A DNA stretch of 61,625 bases, filler included, from Basidiobolus meristosporus CBS 931.73 (lineage: Eukaryota; Fungi; Basidiobolomycota), in assembly GCA_002104905.1 (NCBI GenBank). It is 3 parts of 3 records of this genome, joined end to end, with 100 filler letters (N's around TTAATTAATTAA, not from the genome) between each part and the next. Parts side by side here need not be neighbours in the genome. Positions count along the whole stretch, not along the records: positions 1 to 27,563 come from MCFE01000900.1; positions 27,664 to 50,292 come from MCFE01000974.1; 1 more part is not named here. One strand, written 5' to 3'. Under the pieces are notes generated by a model. That model searched no databases, was not told the DNA's origin, and saw only the letters and a list, made by a program, of their open reading frames with translations. Made by a program: the position numbers and the translations under genes. Shown here piece after piece: positions 26,266 through 37,427 of this stretch (the stretch's first letter is position 1; each line of letters opens with the position of its first letter).

Positions 26266-27150
26266 ATGACTTACTCATCTGAATGGTCTTTTCTCATCAA
26301 TCCCATCACTACCACTGGATTTCCTTTTGACACACTGGAGGAGATCTATTCCAAGTACTGTGGACCATCAACCCCAATCTACTCAAGGAGATCCCTTGTT
26401 AAGCTTCTCTGCTATTACAAGAACTATTGCCCTACAAGGTTTCATCCCACCATCCATGGCAACAAAAGTCCTAGAAGCTTTCATTCCCAGCTGACAGCAA
26501 TGGAGAACCACCTTGCAGAGGGTATGAATGACTTAGAGCAAGCTTGGAATACTAGGTTCAGAAGCTCCAATAGACTTCCATATCCCAGAGTGTACAGCAA
26601 CAGGTTCCATATCAGGAGTATTTTGGATACCTTCCCAGTGAGGATTAACAGACCTTCTAGAGGGCAGAGGCACTTTTATTCTGGCAAGTACAAGGCACAC
26701 TGTGTGAAGTTTCAAGCACTGTCTGACATTGAGGGTAACATCATCTGGTTTAGTGGGCCATTTGCTGGAAGTAGGCATGACAAAGCACTCTGGGTAGAGA
26801 ATCATCCTGAATTCAGTAGAGGGGAGAAATGTATGGCAGACTTGGCCTATATAGGAGAGGATTGTCAGAGATTAGGATGTATTACAGCTTATAGGAAGTC
26901 AAGGAATGGTGTGCTTAGCAGGAAGCAGAAGCTCTACAATGAGATATTTAATCATTTCAGAGTAAGGGTAGAGCACACATTTGGATATCTGAAGAGATTC
27001 AGCATATTGGCAGGTAAATACAGAGGAAAGTCATTTATAGGAGAAAACAGCAGAATAGGTAAAATAGTTAAGATACTTATCAATGCACAGTATGTTCATA
27101 CAAGAAGACATCCACTGAGAGAAATGTGTCTGGAGCATTATGAAGAGTAA
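26266..27150 (+). CDS. PIF/Harbinger-type DDE transposase, 294 aa, open
   Basis: Same motifs as 5662-6546, with an intact D-D-E. Confidence 0.92.
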   Translation: MTYSSEWSFLINPITTTGFPFDTLEEIYSKYCGPSTPIYSRRSLVKLLCYYKNYCPTRFHPTIHGNKSPRSFHSQLTAMENHLAEGMNDLEQAWNTRFRSSNRLPYPRVYSNRFHIRSILDTFPVRINRPSRGQRHFYSGKYKAHCVKFQALSDIEGNIIWFSGPFAGSRHDKALWVENHPEFSRGEKCMADLAYIGEDCQRLGCITAYRKSRNGVLSRKQKLYNEIFNHFRVRVEHTFGYLKRFSILAGKYRGKSFIGENSRIGKIVKILINAQYVHTRRHPLREMCLEHYEE

Positions 27151-27351
27151 ATAAAGCAAGGAAAGCACTATTCTGAGCAACATAAGTAAGATTGAGTAAA
27201 ATTACCAGTAACTGTATCATACCACTGGCATCATGGTCAGAAATTATGGTGCCAGATAGTGCTCGTAGCGCGCCAGATCAATCCGGCACTATAAACAGGC
27301 TGGCACTATGTGGCACTATCCAACAGAACAAGTCTATTTAGTTGAGGGGAG

Positions 27352-27563
27352 TGTTAAGAAACTGGGCCATCTGGTATCATTTGGTATCACTTGGCAGCAG
27401 TAAGATTTGATGGCCAATGCTGGATTATTCTTAGTACTGTAGACTCATTTACAGTCTTGACCTTGCACCTTCTTTCAGTTCTATGATCCTATGAAATTTC
27501 CTCAATAGTCAAAAAGAAATATGTATTTTTACAAAATTTTTATGTGTCAGCCCTGATGCTGTG
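27352..27563 (+). repeat. Copia C1-like 3' LTR, degenerate, runs into the gap
   Basis: TGTT after the PPT GAGGGGAG; weak similarity to 10214 onward. Confidence 0.6.
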
Positions 27564-27663
27564 NNNNNNNNNNNNNNNNNNNNNNNNNNNNNNNNNNNNN
27601 NNNNNNNTTAATTAATTAANNNNNNNNNNNNNNNNNNNNNNNNNNNNNNNNNNNNNNNNNNNN
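27564..27663. other. Assembly gap with TTAATTAATTAA spacer
   Basis: 44 N + TTAATTAATTAA (27608-27619) + 44 N. Confidence 0.97.
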
Positions 27664-27691
27664 TGATACCAAATAGTCCAATATTTCAACA

Positions 27692-27990
27692 GGTTCTTGG
27701 TATTTAATATGTTTCTTCAAGAATTCATACTCTACTAGCCTGCCATACAGCTTGTTCTCTCTTAGCTTCTTCCAGACCTTTTCTATGTGCACCAAGTGTT
27801 CCTCTTCTGTCTTGCTGTATATCAATATGTTGTGTAGGTAGATTACCACAAGCTTGTCAAAGTACTCCGGGCAGACTGTTTGCTCTATTGAGTTGTTCCA
27901 AATGCTCATCAATCTAAGGTATGGGGTACTTATTCCACATGGTATCTGAGTTGAGGACTCTGTAGTCAATGTATGTCCCAAGTGTTCCAT
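27692..27990 (-). pseudogene. pol: Gypsy RT fragment, flanked by the tip of a C1 LTR (27664-27691)
   Basis: PEYFDKLVVIYLHNILIYSKTEEEHLVHIEKV is a decayed YLDDILIYS motif. Confidence 0.75.
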
Positions 27991-28039
27991 CCTCCTTTTG
28001 CACAGAGAGTACTGGTGCTCCCCAAGGTGACTAGCTGGG

Positions 28040-29100
28040 TCTGATATCCTATGAAAAGTAATGGTAGTGATCCCACCAAAAAGCTGTTACAGATTCTAAG
28101 TCCTATGATTAAGAGGTACTGATCCCATCAGGACACCATGCAGAGACCATTGAAAGATAATTGCACCCCATATTTCACAAAAAACTTGGTCAAAATTTTT
28201 CATAACATCAATATATAAGTGACTTTTGATTGGTTCCCTGCCACTTTCTAATCTCAGACACTCAACACCTGTAGATTTTCTGCTGTATCACTCTGTTTCC
28301 ATGACTTTGGTGGGTGCCCAACAGCTTTGTGCAACTGTTCATTCAATGCAAGGACTTTTGGTGCTACTTTGTCTGCATGCCTCTTGTAATGAACTACATT
28401 TTCTCGTAGATAAGTTCTGCTCTGATGCATCTGTTTTGGCATGCTTGTCTCTTACTGGCACACTCCTGGCAATCTAATGTTTCTTTTCCGCTTGTTTGGA
28501 GCTCTTTGCTGTAGTTGTGAAAGGCTTGAGAGAAAGCTGCTGGTCTTTATCACTGCCAAGTCCGTCACTACCACTTTGACTGAGTGCTTCTTGAGTGGTA
28601 CTATTCTTTTTCCTTGATAAATGTTGTGCTGGTGCCTCCATGTCTGCTTGCTATCACTTATTGGCATTCTTCCAGCTACCTGACATCTTTTTGACACTTG
28701 TTGGCAGCTTTTGGCCCTGCTTGTAATGGGTACTTGAGGAAGCACCTGGTTTTTAGCCATTGAACCCTTGTTCTTCTACCTTTTGATAGTTTTGGCTACT
28801 TTTAAGATACTTTCTTAGCATACCAATGCCATCCTAAAATCAGTTTGCCCATTTAAATCCAGGATAGTGCTCATGGAGCAGGTCAAGTGCATTCTACTTG
28901 GCCTTGAGTTGCTGATGGTCCCATGGTGTGCTGGCTGAAAGGTGATGGCATGCTAGACTTCTGATGACCTCTTGAATACTAGCCCACTCTTCACTATTGC
29001 ACTCAATGGCATCACAGATGTTCAATGCCTTTTGATTTTTAAGCTTTGTATAAATACCAAATTGTCTACCTCCCATGCTGTGATAGGTTTTTCTGTGGGC
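28040..29100 (-). pseudogene. Fragment of the Tnp2-element accessory gene, with internal deletions
   Basis: Aligns piecewise with 29110-29640, 34560-34925 and 35295-35660; boundaries approximate. Confidence 0.65.
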
Positions 29101-29643
29101 TTTATCTCTATGAAAAGTTACTATTATGATCCTGTCAAAAGGCTGTCACAGATTCTAACTCCTGTGACTAAGAGGTAATGATTCCATCAGGACACTGGGC
29201 AAAAATTATCAAAAAAAATTGCATTCCATACAACCAAAATTTGGCCATAATATATCATCATGACAATACAAAGGTGGCTTTCATATGGTTCTCTGCTAAT
29301 TTTCTCACTTTTGGATCACAGACACTCTACCCCCTTCTACATTTATGTGCATTGATTGGCTATTGCCTCTTTTTCACACTCCTTACTTCTTAACTCAACA
29401 TTTTCTCTTATTTTGTTCAAACAAATTGATTTACTTCTGTTAAAACTTCAGTTGTGCCACAATTGCCAATCTTATTGACCTATACATGTCCCTATACCCT
29501 ACACTAATATTAAGCCCAACCCTACATTCAACATGTAGCTTCATTAAAATCCACCACTTAGGTAGTATTTCTGCGGTAACACTTTGTTGGCAAGACTTTG
29601 GTAGGAACCCAACAGCTTTATGCCACTGCTCATTCACTGATTC

Positions 29644-32600
29644 TGTTGCAATTTAAGAAGTGATTAGAGTACAACAGACTTATCAAGAAATAGAGGTAAG
29701 TGCTGAACTGTTGTTTATTCATGAAGATGATCCGTATTTATACCTTTGTGGAAGTACTACAGCTGTAACACTAAGTGTGGAGGGTTTCTCAACATTCAGG
29801 AGCACTCTGTAAATGTTTCAGGGTTAGTACATGATGATTGGTAAAAAGTGTTAATCTGATCTTGACTATGGGAAAACAATCATAGGATCATAGATCTGAA
29901 GAAACTGGCTAAATTAGGGCTGTAAAATGTTTCCAAAACAATTACTTAACAGAAATATTTCTTGCAAAAAGAATACCAAAAATATTTAAGTGGCAAGTTT
30001 TTACATATATCTGCTTGCAAATATTATAGCTTTGCCAAACATATTGATACTAATACAAGATATCCCGCCTTTGTTTTTGTCAATGGAGTCCAACGCTCAA
30101 GGCTGATGATTTAAGTTTTATCTTAGGGCGTCAAGGTAACAAGTTATACGTTGGGGAAAGCTTGGATACTAAAGAGAAAGGTCATGTAGAATTGCTAAAA
30201 AATTTATAGCTGCTGAATGATACCAAATAGTCCCATATGTCAACACTCTTCCTCAGCTAAATAATTTCTAAATCTTAGTTCCTCTCTGAGATACTCAAAT
30301 TGTGGTCCAACTAGTGATTTTGTCAATATATCTGCCACTGTTCTGTCTGTTGGACAGTAAACTAACTCTACTAAGCTATTTTCTAAAGCTTCCGTTGCAC
30401 ATTAGTGTTTTATATCTATGTGCTTAGTCCTGGCATTATTGGTTGGATTCCTAGCTAATGAATTTCAATCTTAATTATCTTTGTGAATATGTGTTGGTGC
30501 ATCTTTGCTGAAACCCAAGACTTTGAATATTTCCATAGCCATATGGCCACTTTAGTGGCTTGGCATGCAGCCATATATTCAGCTTCAGTTATGGAGAGGG
30601 CCACAGTTGCTTGTTGCTTGCAATTCCAAGTATTAGCTGCACCAGCATAAAGAAATACATACTCAGTAATTGAGCATCTGTTAGTCAGATTCCTATCCCA
30701 ATCTAAACCACTATTGCCATCAAATTGTTACCTATTAGCCACTCCAAAGTATTCCAGTACCCTACTTATGATACCTTGTAGATATCTCAAAATCCACTTA
30801 ACTACTGTAATTTGATCTAATCCATCATTCTGCATGGATTGGCTTACTATTATGACTACCACTGTAATATCCGGACATGTAAACGCCATCAAGAACATCT
30901 GGCTACTAACTATTGATTGATAGGCACAGTTTTGGTCCATACTTGTGCCATTTCACCTGAAACTGGCTGCAATTTGCTCAGTTTTAGATTATTGTCCATA
31001 GGGGTAGCTGCAGGTTTGCAATTTTTCATTCTAAAGCATTTAAAATGACTTAGATGTACTTGTACTGATTCAGCACAATTTTCTGCGCAGGTATATCATT
31101 TTTACTTTAATTCCAAGAAAATTGCTCAATTCCCAAGATCTTTCAGCTCAAACTTGCAGAAGAGATCTGATTTTGTTAGGTTAAGTGCCTCCCAGTCACT
31201 GTAGCTATTATGAGGTTGTCCATGTAAAGAACTAGAATCATCAAACCCTTTTTGAGCAACTTAACATATATATCATGATCTGCAGTGCTACAAATGAACC
31301 CAATCTTCTTTAGACATGTGCCAATCTTGTTAAACCATGCTCTAGATGCCTGCTTAAGCCTGTATAACAATTTCACAAGTATGTATACCCTATGGGGGCC
31401 TTTTAGATTAGTTATATCTTCTGGCTGCTCTATATAAGTAGTTTCTTGCAAATCCCCATTTAGAGAGTCTATTTTAATGCCCATTTGTTGTAGATCTTGA
31501 CTGTGTACAGCTGCCAGGGCTAGTACTGTCTTAATGGAGTTAAACCTGGCAACTAAAGCAAATGTTTCCTTAAAGTCTCTTCCCTGAATCTCAAAATTGC
31601 CTTGAGCCACTAATTGAGTCTTGCACCTATCAATGCTAAAACTTGAGGTTATCTTGATCTAGTAGACCCATCTATATACTATTGGCTTTCTCCCATTTGG
31701 TAAATCCACCAGTTCCCACATTTTTGCCTTGATCAGTGATTGGTACTTCTCTTGCATGGCTTGTTGCCACATAATAGCATTTAAACTCTGCATTGCCTGT
31801 TCTTGATTCTGAGGTTAGGCACATAAGGCAAGATAAGCTTCTTCACAATCATTGGATGTCTGTCACCAGGATCCAGGGGCACTTCTTGTCCTGGTAGATT
31901 TTCTAACTGGGATAATGTGCTCTGATCTGAAATTATCTAGTGATGCTGCTTGGCATCTATTCTTGATATGTACTGAGATAGTAACAAGCTCTACCCAAAA
32001 ACCTGTAGTTCATTTCCTTAACATGTATCATGGATCTTCCCATCACTACTTTTGCACTATATGCACATTTGGCTACTCAATTTTGCTGCGGAGTATGTGG
32101 AACAGTGGTGTGCTAAAGTATACCACTAGATGAGCAATACTTTGCAAACCTCTTTGAGCAGTGTTCCCCTCCATTTTCACTTCAAAGCACCTTCAATTTA
32201 CACCAAGTTTGTATTTCTACCATGTTCTTGAAGTGTTTCAACATCTCTAAATCCTCATCCTTTGTTTTGAGGAAGTACACCCATGTATGTCTTGTCTTGT
32301 CATCAGTAAACATCATAAAGTATCTCTTGGCTCCAAAGGATAGTGTTCTCATGGGCCCACATGGAATTGAGTGTACAATATCAAATAATTTGGTGGTACT
32401 GATGCCTACTGAGCTCCTGAAGTGTTGCCTAGCCTGCTTGCAATATGAACATCCCCTATATACACTCAATTTGATTGGAATTGAGTGGTTGAGGCCAAAA
32501 ATATGCTGACTCCTCACCAATTGGCTCATTTTCTGTTCCCCTATGTATGCTAGCCTCCTATGCCGCATCACCCAGTTAATTTCATCAGTTTCAGCAATGT

Positions 32601-34055
32601 TTGCATACTCAGTAATAGTGATCTTGCATTGTAACATGTCTATATTGTGATTGCTGATTTCTGAGGCTAATTTTTGTCAATTTTTACTCATTATTGAGCA
32701 GCTGAGCATATTAAAAAAATGTCAGTCCCTGGGCAGTTGCTTTCCTGACTGAGAGTAGGTTCTTAGCTATTGCAGGTATATGGAGTATGTCAGTCAATTT
32801 TACTGTTGTAGCCCATGAGATATTACTCATATTTAGTAGTAAAGACCCACTGATGGTAGCATCCAGTGCAGAGTTGTCTCCCAGATAAGCCTTTCTTACA
32901 GGAGTAGTCTTTGAGATGCTGACTCACTCCTTTATACCACAAATATGCTGTGATACTCCAGATTCAATATACCATACATTACTTTGGTTACTTGCACTCC
33001 CTTGTACAGTTACAAATAACTGTTCATCAGTAGTTGTATGGTTTGCCTGCTCCAGTTTCTGTTTTTTGTCTGCTTGCTTCTTCTTACATTCTCTTGCCCA
33101 GTGTTCTGGCTTCTTACAATAGTTACAGCATCCTGGTTTGCTTTGGTTTTGTGGCTTTCCATTCTTTTTGGTGTGCCTTCCTGAGCTGAATAAAGCATTG
33201 ACTTCAATTTTCTCTGCTTGATTATAATATCTGAGTTCTTCATGGGGAAGTCTCCCTTTAACCTAGTCTAAAGTCAAATTGTCTTCTCTGCTCTCTAAAG
33301 ACAGTATGAGTGGCTCATACTTGTCTGGTAGGCTGCAAAGTAGGCAGAGTATTACTTCTTCGTCATCTACACCAATATTGATACTGTAAAGTCCTTCTGC
33401 AAGTGTCTCTGTTCTAGTAATGAGTTTTAGCATGTCATCATCTGTCTTTTTCCTCATGCTGAACAACTTTTGCTTTAACTAAAGCTTGCTTGGCACTGAC
33501 TTTGCTCTAAATATGTTCTCTAAGGATTCCCATTATGCTTTGACAGTGTTTGAAGTATGATTTGCCCAATGAAGGAATTTTGCACATTGCTACATATAGC
33601 ATTGAATGCCTTTCTCTCCTTCTCTTAAGACATTTACACTTCTACTGCTGTTCCTCTGGGCTCAACTTCTTTTACTGTCACTATATTCTTAAAGCTTTTT
33701 TTTCCTCAAAATGGATCTGCATCTTGATTCTCTAAAGTTTGTAGTTTTTCTCATCAAATCTTTCCATTACAGGGAAGATATTTGTGTTGCTCTGTCTTCT
33801 GGTGGAAGTCATCTTTAGAGCAGATTAAAGCAATTGGGGCTCATAACTTGTTGCAATTTAAGAGGTGATTTGCTTATAATGAGCTTATAGGTGTTAATTT
33901 GATCTTGACTATGGGGGAATAATCATAGGATTCTAAATCTGAAGAAACTAGCAAAGTTGGGGCTGTAAAATGGCCTAACAGTCACTAGGACTAGTCTAGA
34001 ATTGTCAAGTAAGTCTTAGCTGCTGAATGATACCAAATAGTGCAATATTTTAACA
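29644..34055 (-). mobile_element. Copia C1, full span and decayed (3' LTR 29644-30244; internally deleted 5' LTR 33849-34055)
   Basis: Near-TSD GATTC (29639-29643) / GGTTC (34056-34060); removing the element restores the host frame ...DQDMCE|SVNEQWHKAVG... Confidence 0.88.
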
Positions 34056-34925
34056 GGTTCACACATGTCCTGGTCTTCAGCCAGCACTGTAGGGTCTAGC
34101 ACCTCATTTGCCAGTTGTTGCAATAAATCCTTACAATATTTAAGTACATTTTCTTGAGCACTGCTCTTGAAGAAGTGCTGGAATCACTTGGTATGCCTAT
34201 TAAAGATCCAAACTCCACCTCAAGCATTGTGATAATCCTTGAGTTCTTGACGTTCCTACTTTGTCTGTCAGTGGGATCCCTACTATGCCAATAATGGAGG
34301 ATGTGAATGCTGTGGTTGACAAATTGCCTTTCTCTGCAAATCCATCTACCTCACTAGAGTGTAGCTTAACTGGATGTGCTTCCAACTCTTGTGAAAGCAG
34401 CTGTTTTCTTGTTGGTGATTCTTCTTGGCTATGATGGGATACCGTCTGTTCCAGGCTCACCGCATTAATTGGCAAGAACTGCAGCTTTTTTCTTAAGTTT
34501 CCCTGCCTCTGGCTTGATTAGACTCTTTCCCTTTATCATTCCTTTATCACTGTCAAATCTTTGACTGCTACTTTGTCTGAGTGCTTTTTGTATTGAACTA
34601 TATATTCTTGTTGATAAATGCTGATCTGATGCATTTGTTTTGGCCTGCTTGTCCCTTGCTGGCAATCTGCAGGCAACTTGTTTCAATCTCTCAGCCCATG
34701 CTGTGCTGGGCTCCTGTGGTAGCTGCTCATTTTTATCACTTCCAGGGCATTAAAAGCATCCTTGACCAATTGCATCTTCAGTAGAACTACACTATTTCTG
34801 GATAAATATTGCGCTGGTGCATCTGTGTCAGCCTGCTTTTCCCATATTGGTACTCTTCCAACTACCTGTTGCCTCTTTGATGCTTGTTTGAAGCTTTTGC
34901 CCTGCTTGTGATGAGCTCTTGAGGA

Positions 34926-35294
34926 TGTTGCAATTTAAGAAGTGATTTGGATATAAGGAACTTATCAAGAAATAGTGATAATAGTTGAACTGTTGTTTAT
35001 TCATAAAGAAGCTCAGTATTTATACCTTTGTAGAAGTAATACAGCTGCAACACTAAGTAGGGAGGGTTTCTCAATATTCAGGAGCATTCTGTAACAGTTT
35101 CAGGGTTAGTACATAATGTTTGGTAATAGTGCTAATTTGATGCTGACTATAGGGGAATAATCATAAGATCATATATCTGGAGAAAGTGGCAAAGTTAAGG
35201 CAGTAAATGAGTCCTACAGTGACTAAGACTAGCCTAGAATTGTTAAGTAAATTTGTAGCTGCTGAATGATACCAAATAGTCCAATATTTCAACA
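34926..35294 (-). repeat. Copia C1 solo LTR (369 bp) with perfect GAGGA TSD
   Basis: GAGGA at 34921-34925 and 35295-35299; empty site TTGAGGAAGCACCTGG at about 28734. Confidence 0.96.
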
Positions 35295-36009
35295 GAGGAA
35301 GCCCCTGGTTTTTAGCCATTTCTCCCTTGTTCTTCTGCTTTTGATAATTTCTGCAATTCTTAAGATACTTTCTTGGTATACCAATGCTGGCCCAAAAACC
35401 ATTTGCTTGTTTGAGCCCAGGGTAATGCTCATTGAGCAAGTCAAGTGCATTCATATTGACCTTGAGTTCCTGATAGTCCCATTGTATCCCAGCCTTAATG
35501 TGTTGGCATGCTAGACTTCTGACAGTCTCTTAAATATTAGCATACTCTTCATTATTGCACTCAACGGCTTCACAGATCTTCAATGTCTTTTGATTTTTGG
35601 GCTTTGGCATACATACTACATTTTCTCCCTCCCATGCTGTGATGGACTTTTCTGTGGGCTTTATCTTTAGGCTACTTACTAACACAAGTGGTAGAAATGT
35701 TATGACAGCCACTTTCTGGTCTTCCAATTAAGGTACTGCATTTACTATATTTTCATCTGCCTCAGCAACATGGTCAGCTTGTGGCTCCACAGAGACTCCT
35801 AATTGCCCACTTGACTGAGAATCTGAGCAGTCCACATTATTACCTTCAGTGGGCACACTGTCCACAGGGTCTTTTTTTGTTATAGCCCTGTTTGTTGCAC
35901 TGAATATCACAGTAGGCTGTTGTCCCACTGTTCTTCTGTTGCTGTCAGCAGTGGGGTTTAGTTAGGAACCAGACAGCTTTGCTTTATTTCTATAACTGCA
36001 TCTGGCCAT

Positions 36010-37427
36010 ACTTGTGACCTTGCACAAACTGGGTCAGGTGAGCTTTTGAAGCCTTTAGACTCACCTCAGCCTTCTGATATGGAGCACAGAGTGATATCTC
36101 TGAAGAAGCAGGCTCACTGATGGATTGTGAGCATATCAACCCTACCAACAGTACCTTGCATGAGCCCAGCAAAATCCCATTATTGAATGAGACTATGCCC
36201 ATGGAAAAAAATGCCAAGAAAACCTTAAGCAAATAAGTGAGCCAAGTAATTCATCTACTGGTGAATGATGTTATGTTGTGGCTAGGGAAGTGGCTCATTT
36301 CCACTAATATTAGTAATGGGGGCTTTGAGAATATACTACTACTTCTTGCTAATATCATCCCAGGATGCAACTTTCCATATACAGTGTATAAATGGGAAAC
36401 CATCATATGGCTGGCAAAATATGACCCAGAGATGATCCTGATACCAGCATGTGTTAGCAGTTGCATGGTGCTCACATCAGAAAATGCCACCATTGTAAGG
36501 TGTCCAACTTAACAGGAATCCACCACCATTGGGGGAAAACATTGTTCACACTCTAGACATATTCCAGTTATGCCCCATATAAAGAAGCTCATGCAGTCCA
36601 ACAAACATTGTGATGCTATAAAGTGCCGCACTCAGTGTCAATCAAGCATAAATATATCCAATATATTTTATGGTAAACATTACAAGCAGCTAAGAAGCAA
36701 GGGCTATTTTCAAGGTATGTATAATCATGTCTTTGCCTTGGCACTTGATGGATTCTCATTAGACAAGTATTTTACTAGCAAATCCTACTGGCAACTGATT
36801 CTCATGAACCTGAATCTGCAGCCTATCTTACAATATCAGAGCCAAAATCTGATGTTAGTCTCACCAGTATCTGTACCTAAATCACCATGCAACCTGGATA
36901 GCTACTTATACTCATTGCTGGATGTATTTTGTATGCTTTCCAACAGGATAACAGTAAATGCCATCATGTAAAAGCATATATTATTATCTGCATTGGAAAT
37001 ACCCCAGCCATTAGCACAGAGCTGGATTTTCTGGGCACAATGGATGGCATTGCAGTCAAATATGTGGGATCCAGTAGGCTTACTCCACAGCTCATGTGCA
37101 TTATTATTTCCCTAAAACCAAAACTTAGAACATCATCTGTCCACAGAGAGAATGTACAGAAGTCAGCATGCATTGCAGCAAATTTGGCAAGCTCTAAGTC
37201 ATTGGCCAGAATATGGAATCAATTGGAAACCAGAGATACTCAAGATAGAGGGTATCTGTTGGAGCAAGAGTTTTTCACTGAGAGCAATGCATTTGCTGTT
37301 CATCAATATTCCTATACTGATGAACTATTTGCACATGGGACATTTCAAGATAAATGAGCCCTTTGAGATACTGGAGAAATCTAAAAGAATTGGCAATATA
37401 TTACAGAGTATCCACTACCCTCAGCAC
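36010..37427 (+). pseudogene. Tnp2/Transposase_21-like (CACTA/CMC) transposase, N-terminal half
   Basis: IFYGKHY, FALALDGF, LMNLNLQP, PKSPCNLDSYLYSLL and IGNTPAI motifs; truncated by a C2 LTR. Confidence 0.85.

Larger units (their letters stand above)
22847..27335 (+). mobile_element. PHIS/Harbinger-type transposon, copy 3, complete (about 3.4 kb without the inserted LTR)
   Basis: TIRs AGACTTGTTCCATTG (22847) and CAACAGAACAAGTCT (27335); ATT at 22844-22846 and 27336-27338; the empty site AATTATTTAGTTGAGGGG is present in the copia at about 10193-10210. Confidence 0.95.
29101..37427 (+). mobile_element. CACTA/En-Spm (Tnp2)-type element, copy 1, with nested copia and solo LTR; termini not visible
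   Basis: Accessory gene on the minus strand (about 29110-35970) and Tnp2 on the plus strand (about 36010-37427), the same layout as 55572-59389. Confidence 0.72.

Noticed and set aside
27608-27619. TTAATTAATTAA palindrome within N runs (also 50337-50348)
   Set aside because: Identical 44N-12-44N structure at both gaps; a six-frame-stop scaffolding spacer, not biology.
27692-34060. GGTTC flanks two different C1 LTR tips (27692 and 34056)
   Set aside because: Only two cases, and other C1 flanks differ (GAGGA, AACTA); insufficient for a target preference.
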